Positions 51,477 to 64,000 of a stretch of 64,000 bases of DNA are shown in pieces; the first letter of the stretch is position 1; the number at the start of each line of letters is the position of its first letter. This stretch comes from Cetorhinus maximus (lineage: Eukaryota), in assembly GCF_964194155.1 (NCBI RefSeq), contig NC_135916.1:1116001-1180000 (forward strand), in the 5' to 3' direction. A program made the position numbers and the translations under genes. Under the pieces are notes generated by a model. The model ran no database searches. It was not told where the DNA came from and saw only the letters and a list, made by a program, of their open reading frames with translations.

Positions 51477-52364
51477 GCAAAGACAGGAAAGAAGGGAAAG
51501 ATCCCGAGCAAATTGTAAACCTCTAAACCCAAAGGCTCTTTTCAGAGCCACCCACATTTCACATGAAAGAGCTGATTCCCTGATCATTTGATCCCTGTCT
51601 CCGCGCTGGGAGCAGTTTTCAGATGGAAATGTTTCTTTATCCTTCCACTTAAATCCTATTTTCCCGCTCACTCACTGACACACTCTCCACCCGTCCCCTC
51701 CCGCGCTGTGCAAAAGGACACAGGGATATCCTTACAGCTCCCTATCCGGAATGTGTCCCAATGCATTCAAAGTTTATCTTTCCTTTATTCACATTTTCAA
51801 GGTGAGAGTCTGCAATGGAGTGAGCATCGCTCAAATGTCCCGTCTCACAACTAAGGCCCATACCTGTTGTTTCTCTAATTCTATTGGAAGAGATGTTAGG
51901 GAATTTCTCAATCCCTTTTGGCAGCCTGGATGGGAGGGTTCGGGGGATAGTCTAGAGTTGTGTTGGTATAGAATAGGAGAGGGATTGAAATAGATGCAAA
52001 CATTTGACTCTTGATTGAAATGCAGTATCGAGGGGGGAATATTACTGAGAGGATTGGATTTAATACATTCGATTTTCAAAATAGCTGGTTTATGATGTTG
52101 AAGTATTTCAGTTACGTTTAAAGTTTTCTGTTCAGCTCTCTTCAGAATTTGATAACTAAATGTACTTCGGGCTGGCAGGAGGAGGGACTGTCTGACCAGA
52201 GACATTGCCCTGACTGTCACTCAGGCTGTCTCGCCCCGCCTCTGACACACACACACACACTCTCTCTCTCTCTCTCTCTCTCCCTTCCTCAGTCAGGTCG
52301 GGGCGGGCTGTATAAAAGTGGAACGTGAAGCAGCTCCCCACTCATTCAGCAGCGATTTGACTGA

Positions 52365-52685
<321 letters not shown>

Positions 52686-54019
52686 ACAAATCGACCCGAC
52701 TCTATAACAAAACCCAAAGGCTCTTCTAAGAGCCGCCCACAACCTCACATTCAGAGCAGTGACTTCAGAGCGGGAGAGGGAAAGCGATATGTAGTTTTAT
52801 AAACACACAGCGTTTCCATCTGCGCATTTTCCATTAACAATATGATCGTGAGTCACACAAGTTTCATGATTTAATTTAGTTCGGTTTTCAGGAATTCGTT
52901 TCCATGATTCCTGCCGAAACTCGATTCAAAGCTTGACTGAGGAACACGACAGCTCCCAAACTAACACCGAGTTCACAAGATAAAGGCCATCATTTATTAC
53001 ACTTTAATCAGGAGTAACTATTTTGAGACACATCATTCTCGCTTCTTCGCCCCATTATCACCCTGTCTTTTTTCTTCGCCATCTGTTCCTGGGTCGTTGA
53101 GACATGACAGGGTGTGGGGGGTACCTGTATACCAGCTTTAAATGGATTAGCCTGTACCGATGCAGCATGTTGTCTGGTTCCAGGGAGCACTGAACAACTT
53201 TATTCTGGCCTGTATCAGGGCGATCAATGAAATAACCCGAATTTAAACGGGAATGTAAGGCGAATATTGAGAGGCTGATAGAAAAATCTGACTACACTTA
53301 ATCACCTCGATTCTGCATCTCAGGACGGACGGAAGGGTGAAGTGGATGATCTGCATTTGGTGCATGGTTTGGACTGCGAAGATGCATTTACGCACATTGT
53401 GGAAGATAGTTCAAATATGTAAACTTAGATATTAACTTGATTTACAGAAAGGGTGCGCAATCCGCCCACCCACATCGCCTCCCCCAGCCATAAAACACTA
53501 GAAACAAGAGCCAAGCCATTCTCTCTATAACATCTATAGGGCTTTGACATGAATAAACCGATAAGGTTGATCAGTTTTATATGTGAGACCCAAAATTCCG
53601 CCCATCAATAGGAGTTTTATTCCAGCCTGCTGTAAACCGATCAGGGAATGAATGAGAATTTAATCCACGTTCAAAAGCCGGAAGTCGGAGCTGGGACCGA
53701 AATGGGGCTCGCAAACATTGAGACCTTGTGATATTTGTCCATTCAGATTGATTTTATCTGCCTTCAAACTAGGTTTATTTTAATGTCAGTTACTCGTCCC
53801 TTTGAAATTGGCGGGCATTGTGAAATTGATGAACTGTCAGTTTCTGCTCCACCAATCAGGGCCCAGAAATCCATGCAGCCCGCTGCTCTTTTCAAATTTC
53901 TGGGCGGGATTGCGCTGCATCCAATCAGGACAGGAGGGAGGTGACGGACATGTCTTAAATAGACAGACACAGAGCGGCTTGATCATTCTCAGAGTCTGTG
54001 TTCCACAGCGTTTGTTATC

Positions 54020-54573
<554 letters not shown>

Positions 54574-54881
54574 AAACCCGACCCCCAGCACCATGTGCAA
54601 CAAAGGCTCTTTTAAGAGCCACCAAGTCGGTCAGAGAAAGAGCTGCGATCTATTGTTAAAAGACGCCACCTCTTCTGCATATAATTTTCATTGTATTTCA
54701 CCCTATACCTTTCCTTTGCTACATTTGTTGGGCTTTGGAGAACATTTGAAAGGCGGTTATTTTATTATTCCAGGAACGTTTTCCCAAGTAGTGACAATTG
54801 AGGAAAACACACATCCCATTGGCTTCTGCACGTTATCAGTTACATCTCTGTTTGAGTGACCAATGTGGAGGATCCACGCAT

Positions 54882-55490
54882 TGACTTATCTTATACCTTC
54901 GGGAGGAATGGCGGTGCGATCAATGCTTATTGGTCCATTTTATTACAGCTGGTAATGTTCCTTTATATTACCAATCAGATCTCTGCTTGATTCACCAACG
55001 TGGAGACGTCACGTGGTTGACTTCCTAAAGTAATGGCGCGAAATCGTCAGTTACTAACCCATTATATATTTCAAATTTGGAAAGACCGCACTGAAATCGT
55101 AATAGCTAATTCCCTTTTTAAATTATAACAATGCACGATTCACCCAACTCTCTCCATCTTTTGGACATCCTGCAGCTTACCTGTATCTGTTAGTTTCTGA
55201 CTTTTGAGTGCGGAGTTTCATGTCTCTGACATGAAGCAGAAATTAAAGCGCCAATTTTGCAGGAACCGAGCCTTTGTTTTATTGAACATTGAAAAGCCCG
55301 CCTAAACGTGTGTAAAACGAATAATTAATTTGATACAGAATATTGCCTTAACATAAAGCTCAGTCAATTCTATAGTTTAAAAGATTGGTCTCCCTTACTG
55401 CACTATATCATATTTGGTCACAAGCCCCAAATTCGCTTTTAAAATCCGGAATCCATTCGGGTTTAATCTCGGACCTTTTTTCCAGTCCTC
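54882..55490. promoter_or_regulatory. Orphan H2A promoter (duplicate)
   Basis: Matches 16985-17592. Confidence 0.85.
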
Positions 55491-57253
55491 TTTCTCTTTG
55501 TTCAACATATTCTGGCATGTGAATATGGGCTTTTGTTAGGACTCTCTGCACCTTGTATATCATTGTCCGTTCTTTGAATATGATGCTCACTTTTCAACTT
55601 TTTAATGTAGCATGTGAACATGGATTTTAATCAGGACTTATCAGTTGTTGACTGTGTATAAGTGTCATATTCATTCTGTATGTATCAGCCTCTGGTGCTG
55701 TGTATGAATCTTGCTAACCTTTGTTATGTGCCTGTTGTGGTTCTGTATATGGCTGCAGAATTAATACTCTAAATGTAAATTTTGGACCTTGTGGGCATTG
55801 AATTCGTTTTTTTCTTTCACCATATCTGTTAAGAATTGATGAGTTGTGTGTTTTATTAAGTGTTTTCAGTTACTTGAATACTGTGATAGAGTTGAATTAA
55901 TCCTGTACCCACCAGTGTGTTGCATTGTATGTGGATGAATACATTTTGCCCTCTGTGTAGTACTCTGTACCTGCTATGTATGGAAGAGTTCATTCATTCT
56001 ATCTGCAATATTTTCTGGTACTATCCGTGAGAGAGGGATTCCATCTGAATCTATCAATATCTGGAACTAAATGTGAGAATGAAGTTGATACGGATCCAGC
56101 CAAGCTGTTTGAGAACAATATTTTTTTGTGTGTCAGTCAATCTGGGCAATTTTATGTCATTGTGGGTTTTTGGCTCTGCGTCCTTAAGACTTTTCTAAAA
56201 AGATTTGTGTATGTCTGTGGCTCCTGCTCTCCATTTAATTCCCTGCTACTCTATATGTGGTTGAATAATGCATTGCTTCCAAATATATTGTTAGTTTCTT
56301 GCTCTATATTTATTAGTCCCTTAAATTGATGGAGTGTGTATTCACTCATTTAGCTGACAGTGAGTGTGATTCATTCAAATTATCCCTGCATCTGCTATCG
56401 CATGGGAATGTGCCACTCTCTGCATGTCTTTCAGTGCCTAGTACAATGCATGATTTTGGGATTAAATTGTACATGACAGCGTCGGGTAAGGTATGTGTTT
56501 GTGGAGTTATTTCTATGATGTTATGGCCTCTATGATTCTATATGAATGAGATTATTTTGGTATCCTTCAGTTTCAGGTAGGCTAAGTGAATGTGGGGTTC
56601 ATTATTTATCTTTCAGCCTTGGTGCTTTCCAAGAGTAAGTACTAAGGGTAAACAAGAAGTGTTCAGAGAACTTACATTATGATTCTTAGTGAGAATATTG
56701 ATATGGCACATGTTGTGTATTAAGGTCTGTATTCATTAAAATTATATTTTACCTTTATTTCATATATTGTATGAGATCTTTGGTGTGGAATTTAATATGT
56801 TCCTCTGTGTGGCGTCTGGGTACATTCTTAGCTTCACATATACAGCTGATTGAAATGCACAGATTTAATGCTAAGACTCCACTCTTGTGAAAGGAATGGA
56901 TTGTCTTTCAATCTGAAAAAGTTTTGGGCCAGGATTGATGGGCCTACCATTCTGTGACACTCATTGAGTTTGAATTGGGGATAATATTCTGTCTCCCCTG
57001 TCGTGTTTGAATGTTGTATTGAACATGTCTGCCCATTTTTGGTTTAACCTATAACATGGGTTCTACCAATGTTATAGCCATAAGTTATATTCTGTAGTTG
57101 CATAGGAGTTCAAAAATGGTACTCAATCTGTAGCTCTGTGAAAACAATTGTGAATAGCTACATCACCTTCAATCAACTATATAGCCTCAAATGTAATTGA
57201 TGCAGTTTGTAGTCAAGGAATTACCATTGTACCTTTATTCATGCAGAGCTTTT

Positions 57254-57737
57254 CATAGAATCACAGAATCACACAGTGCAGAAGAGGTCCTTCAGCCCAT
57301 CGAGACTGCAACAACACGTGAGAAACACCTGACCTACCTACCTAATCCCATTTATCAGCACTTGGCCCCTTAGCCTTGAATGTGATGATGTGCCAAGTGC
57401 TCATCCAAGTACTTTTTAAAGGATGTGAGGCAACACACCTCCACCACCCTCCCAGGCAGCGCATTCCAAACCGTCACCACCCTCTGGGTAAAAATTTGTT
57501 CCTCACATCCTTCATAAACCTCTTGCCGCTCACCTTGAACTTACGCCCCCTTGTGACTGACTCTTCAGCCAAGGGGAACAGCTGCTCCCTATCCACCCTG
57601 CACATGCCTCTCATAATCTTGCACACCTCGCTCAGGTCGCCCCTCAGCCTTCTCTGCTCCAACGAAAACAACCCAAGACTATTCAACCTCTCTTCATAAC
57701 TTAAATGTTTCATCCCAGGCAACATCCTGGTGAATAT
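57254..57737 (-). mobile_element. CR1 3' fragment (duplicate of 19357-19840)
   Basis: ORF 57474..57725. Confidence 0.92.
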
Positions 57738-59232
57738 TTTTTTAGACTGCTATGAAATATATAGCCCTGACTAAATTCTGAGGTACTGCATTGCAATTTA
57801 TTAAGTAACGTACAGTGAGCTATCTTTTTTCTGTTCTGGCTAAGAAGAGTTAAGTAATATCTGATGAGAATGAAAGAGAGAGTATGATATTTGTTGTGTT
57901 TTCTTTTAATCCTTTGATTGGTCTGCTGGATTACATGGTAGATGGAAATATAAACCATATTAAGACTCTCCGGAGCAGTTTGTCTTTTGGATTGAACAGT
58001 TGTCTCTTCCCTTTGAAACAGTGTGGGAATGAATAATTATTTACTCGTGACAGTGGACATAATGACCTGGCAGCATCTCTGTTCTCTGTGAACGATGCTG
58101 CAAGTATCTTGTGTTGGAACAAGCTCACTTTTCATCTTGCTTATGTTATAACTTTTATAGTTGTCACTATTATGTATCCACCTTAGTTACTAGCCTCATC
58201 TGTCGATGCATAGCATTGTTTGTGAGCTGAGATTTGTTCACTTCTTTTTAAATTGATCATTTCAACCATTTTATGTGTACCATTGTTTCCACTGCATATT
58301 AATTTATTAATTTGCAGGCCTGTACTATTATTTGAGTAATGTTTCCATTTTTAAAAATGATGCTGAATTTCACTTTCATAACATATGGGTGAAAAGATTA
58401 TTTTGTCATCTTATTGGAATTGGGATCCCCCTTCTTTGCTGCAATTAATTCTATGAATTGCATGTAAAGTCACTGGGATCCATTTAGGTATTTTAACCTG
58501 TATCAAATATATTATTTTCGCTGGATTGGAAGTGTGATGTTGGTCTGTAACTCTCAGGATTTGTTTGTAATTACACTGCACGTTAATTTTTGCTGTGAGT
58601 GAATGACTGTTTAGAAAATCCATCCATGTCATTTTTTTTTTAGCATAAGATGTGTTTCATTCTCTATTTTCCAGTTTTGTTTTATAAATGAGTGTAAGTT
58701 CTGTATAATTGTGTGCATTTTCAGGTATGTGAGTATGATTAGTTTTTATTCTCCTGTTGTATTTATTAATTTCTAAGATGCCAAAATGTGATTTTGACAT
58801 GGTGCCTGTCAGTTACTGGTAAGTGAGTGCTAGTGTTACACTGTCCCTGTGAATATCTGGTGTATGAGCATTACTTTGTAGCACTTCATTACTTGCAAGT
58901 GACTTTTTTTTCTCCCTCTTTGTGGCATGTGAATGTGAATATGTGTGTTGCTCTTACTTGGCATTTGACAGTTTTGTTACGTGTCTGGTAAGTTAATGTG
59001 AATTTACACTCTTTCTTTTCCAGTTTTTAACATGTAAACATGTATTTGAGACTGATTCCCAATCTCTGGCATGAAAATTAGGAAATACCATAAATGTTTC
59101 AGTTTTTTATTCTGGATGTGTCACAAATATTCTTTAATCATTCTTCTCTTGTAAAGAAATTCTAAGATTTACTCAGATTCTCTTAGTAATGTTATGAAAT
59201 TGTGTGATTATTGAACTGTGTGTAAGCCTGTC

Positions 59233-59368
59233 NNNNNNNNNNNNNNNNNNNNNNNNNNNNNNNNNNNNNNNNNNNNNNNNNNNNNNNNNNNNNNNNNNNN
59301 NNNNNNNNNNNNNNNNNNNNNNNNNNNNNNNNNNNNNNNNNNNNNNNNNNNNNNNNNNNNNNNNNNNN
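59233..59368. other. Assembly gap (136 N) over a TG microsatellite
   Basis: Corresponds to about 50 bp of (TG)n-rich sequence at 21337-21386 in copy 1. Confidence 0.95.
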
Positions 59369-61699
59369 TGCCTGTTTATGCTCCTTTTGTCTATCTTATG
59401 TGTAAATGGACTTTTCTCTCTATCTGTCATTTTTCAATATGTACATGTGCACATTGACTGGCACTCACAAGTATCTGGCATGCTGGTAAAGGTACATTTT
59501 GTACATATCCAGTTTTAGCTTTTCCCTTAGGATAGCCTTGGCTTTGAGTTGTAATATTCAGCTTCTGGTATGGAAGTGTGCATGTTACCCGTACCTGACC
59601 CTTTCAGATATGAGAGTGTGGTATTCAAATTGTCTGCTCGTTTCTAGCCTCTGATGTGAGCATTTTTACTTTTGTTAAAGTTAGCATTTTTAATGATACT
59701 CTGCATTTACTGTGAATTTCAGTATCTGATCTACGATTGTGGATTTTAATCAGTCCTGATTTGTTTCTGTTTGGGATTGATATCTCTGTTATAGGAGTGA
59801 TATATTCCATTCTGTTATTGTCACTTTCTAATGAGCTGAATGATCCTTTTTGATCAGAATCTGTTTAATTTTGGTGCCTGAATATGGGATTTCCTTTGCA
59901 ATTGTCAGATTTTGACATGAAGGAATGTTTATACTCTGTAGCAAAAGCAAAAACAAAATATCTACAGGTGGATGCTTGAAATCTCAAGAAAAATGAAACA
60001 CAATTGCTGGAAATACTGAGCAGGCCAGACAACATCTGTGGAGACAGGAGCTGAATTACCCTCCACCTGAAAATTCTGACATCAGAAAAGGTCATTGAAC
60101 TGTCATGTTCACTCTCAGCCTTTCTGAACAGGTGCTGGCTTCCTTGCTGAGTATTTCCTGCATTGTTGGTGTTTCTTCCTACCCTTGTACGTGTTAATTT
60201 CCAACAAGTGAATATGGCATCACTGTGCACCTGCCAATGTCTGACACTTATGTTTCACTTCAATTCTGACAGGGTTTCAACGTAGAATTTGGTGTGCGTG
60301 TGTGCACATGTGCATGTTTCGAGAATGGTAGAAATTTTTTTTTTCTGCACTTTTCATAGAATGCTATGCGAATGTCAGTTCCCCCTGTATCTGTCACTTT
60401 TTAACATGTTACTATGAGTCTTATTGTTTACCTGTCTGTGAATGGGGATTTTAAAATGCACCAAGTTATTTGCTGCTGTGTGACTGATTTCTTTTATACA
60501 TGTTTGGAATTAATTATGGGTTTTTAAAAAATATATATACTTTATTTATAAAACATCTGAAAGAAAATTTCTAAATCGCCATCACAAGAAGTGAAAACAG
60601 ATTCAACTTTTAGACATGGATCACGAGATGCTTCAATACATTCAATGAATATTACAATCATTTCAATATGCTCATTACAGACAGTCAGACAGCGCAATGG
60701 TATTGGAGTTATCAACATACATCATGTTGCACACTTGAGGTGTTACAATACTATTACTATTCAATGCAGATATTTTTTGTGAGCAGTACAGCTTTACTCT
60801 GGGTATTTAACTCTCTGTAATGCACTTGTGGCTATTACTCTGCAGCTGCCAGTGACTGACATGTGAGGATGCATTTTGCATTCACTGTTGCTGACATGTA
60901 ATGCATATTTTACTACTTAACTCTCAGTTACTGGTATATAGATGTGCTGATTTTATTCTGTATCAGTAATTCTGTGATATGTCAGTTTGATTCATTTTCC
61001 TGTTGTTTGGGTCAGGGTCAGAAGTATGAGCATGGAAAAATAAATATGTTGAAACTCTTAGGCTATTTTAAATGAATGAGAATTTAATTATTTGCTTTCA
61101 ATCCCCGGCATGAGAATGTGCCCTATGCTTATCATATTCTTGTAGGTGAGTATTGTCTTTCCTCCAGGTCTCTATGCACCTTGTAGGTCATTGTCGGTTT
61201 TGCCGTGAACATGTCAGCCTGTATTACTTGAGTGTGATGTTCACATTGCAGCTTTCAATTTAGTGTGTGAGCATAGACCATTCGTTCCCTCCTCCCAACC
61301 CCTCAACCCAAACCTACAGATTTTGATGCATGTTCATGTGTGATTTTAGCGTAGCTATCAACTTCTGCTTTCTGGGTACCCATTTTCTTCTTATTTTGAA
61401 AATTCTGATGTGGATAAAAGGATTTTATTCTGCAACTCTCTATCGCTGGTATGTGTCTGTAGTTTTACAATGTAAGCATCTGCCCCTGTCATGGGAATTC
61501 AGGTTTCTTCTGTATCTGTCAGTCTCTCCTATGAGAGCGGTGAAATGTTATTTGCTGTACTTGTCAATATCTGCTTTGTCAGTTAAGGTTTAAGCTTTCT
61601 TGTTTGTAGAGATCTGTTGATATAACTATTAGTGAGAATATTGCTCTGGCACGTGATGTGTATGTGTGTCTGTCTTAATGAATATGTACTTTATCATTA

Positions 61700-62322
61700 T
61701 CAGGGGAGGCGATGGTGTGGTGATGTTGTCATTGGGCTATTAATCCAAAGACCTAGGGTAATACTCTGGGGACACGGTTTCGAATCCTGCCGAGGTTTGG
61801 CGGATTGTGAATTCAATAAAAATCTGGAATTAAAAGAATAATGGTGACCATTGTCGATTCTTGTAAGAATCCATCTGGTGCACTAATGCAGGAAACCTGT
61901 TGTCCTTACCTGGTCTGGCCGACATGCGGTGTTGTGTTAGACCCACTTGGCCACACAGTTGTAATAAACTGCTAAAATGTCACAAAAATGGAATGGAATC
62001 AGATGGACCACCCGACATTGAGTGAGGCACCGGAAACAAAAATGACTAAACACAGCCCCGTTGACCCTGAGGGTAGATGGGAACACCTCCAGCTAGAATT
62101 TCCACTCCAAGTCACTCCACCATCCTGACTTGGAAATATATCCTGTTCCTTCACTGTTGCTGGGGAAAAAATTTGGAATTGACTCCCTAACAGCACTGTG
62201 GGTGTACCTACACCACGTGGACAGCAGGGGTTCAAGAAAGCAGCTCACCACCACCTTCTCAAGGGCAACTAAATGGTGGCACAGCCAGCAAAGCCACATC
62301 CCGTGAATGAATTTAAAAAAAG
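61700..62322 (+). mobile_element. Old tRNA-derived SINE (duplicate of 23720-24340)
   Basis: Sequence match. Confidence 0.7.
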
Positions 62323-63164
62323 ATATTATATGGGATCTTTGGTGTTGAATTTATGGTGTTGCTTTATGAATGCTGGGTGCACTGAAGGATGAATTCTGTA
62401 AATTTCAATCAGCTTTAATACCTGGTATTTAAATTACAGGCGATGTTCTACTCTTGTGACATGAAAGGGCTGCCCTTCAATCTGATAATGGCTGTGATTG
62501 TTGACTGCAATTGGTGGACCTGCAATTCAGCAGTACTGAGTAGGAGTGTACTGTAGTAAAATTATTCCACCTCCCCTGAGTGTCTGACCATTGGATGGAG
62601 CATTTGTACCTGGGTTTGAGATCAATTTGAGCCTGACTATTTCTGTTCTCGGTGATGGTGGAGCTGATGTTCTGTCTGTATCTCTGCACTCTCGGAGTAA
62701 CATCGTACCTGCTGTCAGTTAGAAAGAGGTGGCTAGACGTTTATTTTTCCTGGGATATCATCAGCTTGAAACTGATCCCTTCATTGATTTGCCTGGAGGA
62801 AGAAACATAAGTCTTGTAACACAAAATCAGCAGAGGACATTGAAAGACAATAGGTCAACATAATCTTTCAACTGACAATAAATAAAAAAAATATATCTAG
62901 ATGCAAAACATAACGATACAATAAATACTACAGTGTCTGATTCCACGTCAGCAACCTGCTTTGGTAGTTTTCAAGCAATTGAGTGACACTCAGAAACAAT
63001 CCACATCTGTATGGCTCCAAGGGTGACACTCCCCGAGGATACAAAGACAGTTCAGATATCAATATCCAGCTCTCAGCCGGTGCTAAAATGTTTATATCTT
63101 AATAGCTGGTGCTTCCAAAGCGTGACCCCTACATGGTTACTCTCCTCCTTACTCTCTGCCTGTT

Positions 63165-63750
63165 ACCACTGTTCACTGTCCAAATGCCGACAAGTTGCAT
63201 GAATCAGCAGCTATACTTGGAATATGCATTACAGGTTTGAGGGGAGAAAATCCCAATAGTTTACAATTGCAGCTTGCTCAGGTTCTGTCTCCCTCAGCAG
63301 GGCCACACACAGCCCCATAAAGGCCTCTCCACGACCACCCGCTCACTCCAAGTTCCGGAACACGTTCCGCTTCGCTCCGCCTCTTACAAACAGCCCCCGG
63401 TTCTCCCTGAACTTACCCCGAGTCAATGATGATTTCTGTGTCCACACTGACAAACCGGTGCCCTGCTGGAATCAGAACGCTGTTTACTCGCTTACCCGGG
63501 CCCTAAGATTTCCATTTCTATCTGTTTGAAACAAAGGTCTCCCGCTCACTGAGTGAAAGGCCCTCAAAGGTCAGTTCTTGGGAGAAATGAGGGGCGCATG
63601 CGCTCTTCTAGCCATGTCTGAGGAAACAGAAGGAGGGCAGCAATGCGCAAGCGCTTCCCTGGAACAGACGTCACAGAACAAACGTCTTTTGCTCCGCCCC
63701 TCAGTCAATGTTCTCCAGCTTGAGCATCACAATGGGTCTGTGTGGAACGG
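63165..63750 (-). promoter_or_regulatory. NRF1/CRE promoter block, fourth copy
   Basis: GCGCATGCGC at 63594, GACGTCA and both donors kept. Confidence 0.65.
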
Positions 63751-63868
63751 GCAGAGTTTCAGGCAGGTGGACGATTCCTGAATGAAGCTCAAACTGATAT
63801 CGCTCCCTGCAGCATCTTAGCTGTTCATTCACCGGTTTAGGAAACCAATCCGCCCAGTGAATCTATGT

Positions 63869-63950
63869 CAAAAAAAAACAGAATTACCTGGAAAAACTCA
63901 GCAAGTCTGGCAGCATCGGCGGAGAAGAAATCAGTTAACGTTTCGAGCCG
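63869..63950 (-). mobile_element. Penelope-like terminal fragment absent from copy 1
   Basis: aaaacagaattacctggaaaaactcagcaagtctggcagcatcggcggagaag...aacgtttcgag. Same family as the end of the 31136 element. Confidence 0.8.
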
Positions 63951-64000
63951 TCTCAATTTCTCTGCTCCTCTCACCCATTCTAATCTGTCTCTCTCTGAAC

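Overview
Vertebrate replication-dependent histone gene cluster, most likely from a shark. The taxon is inferred from the CR1, tRNA-SINE and Penelope repeat families. Most of the window is a near-identical tandem duplication with a period of about 37.75 kb (1-25850 matches 37756-63868). Each period holds two older paralogous units. Unit A is H1>H4>H3> with H2A deleted but its promoter kept. Unit B is H1>H4>H3> <H2A. No intact H2B exists in the window, but two heavily decayed H2B fossils are recognisable (about 34675-34920, and 36990-37403 with an intact ATTTGCAT octamer). Immediately 3' of each H2B position begins a multi-kb, strand-biased T/G-rich, very degenerate tandem array of about 40 bp period. 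At the far end of the full-length arrays sits a conserved NRF1/CRE promoter with splice donors and an 84-nt non-coding exon pointing back into the array on the minus strand. The third H3 copy is disrupted by a 129-bp tRNA-headed SINE with a 14-bp target-site duplication. All alignments were made by eye and repeat boundaries are approximate.
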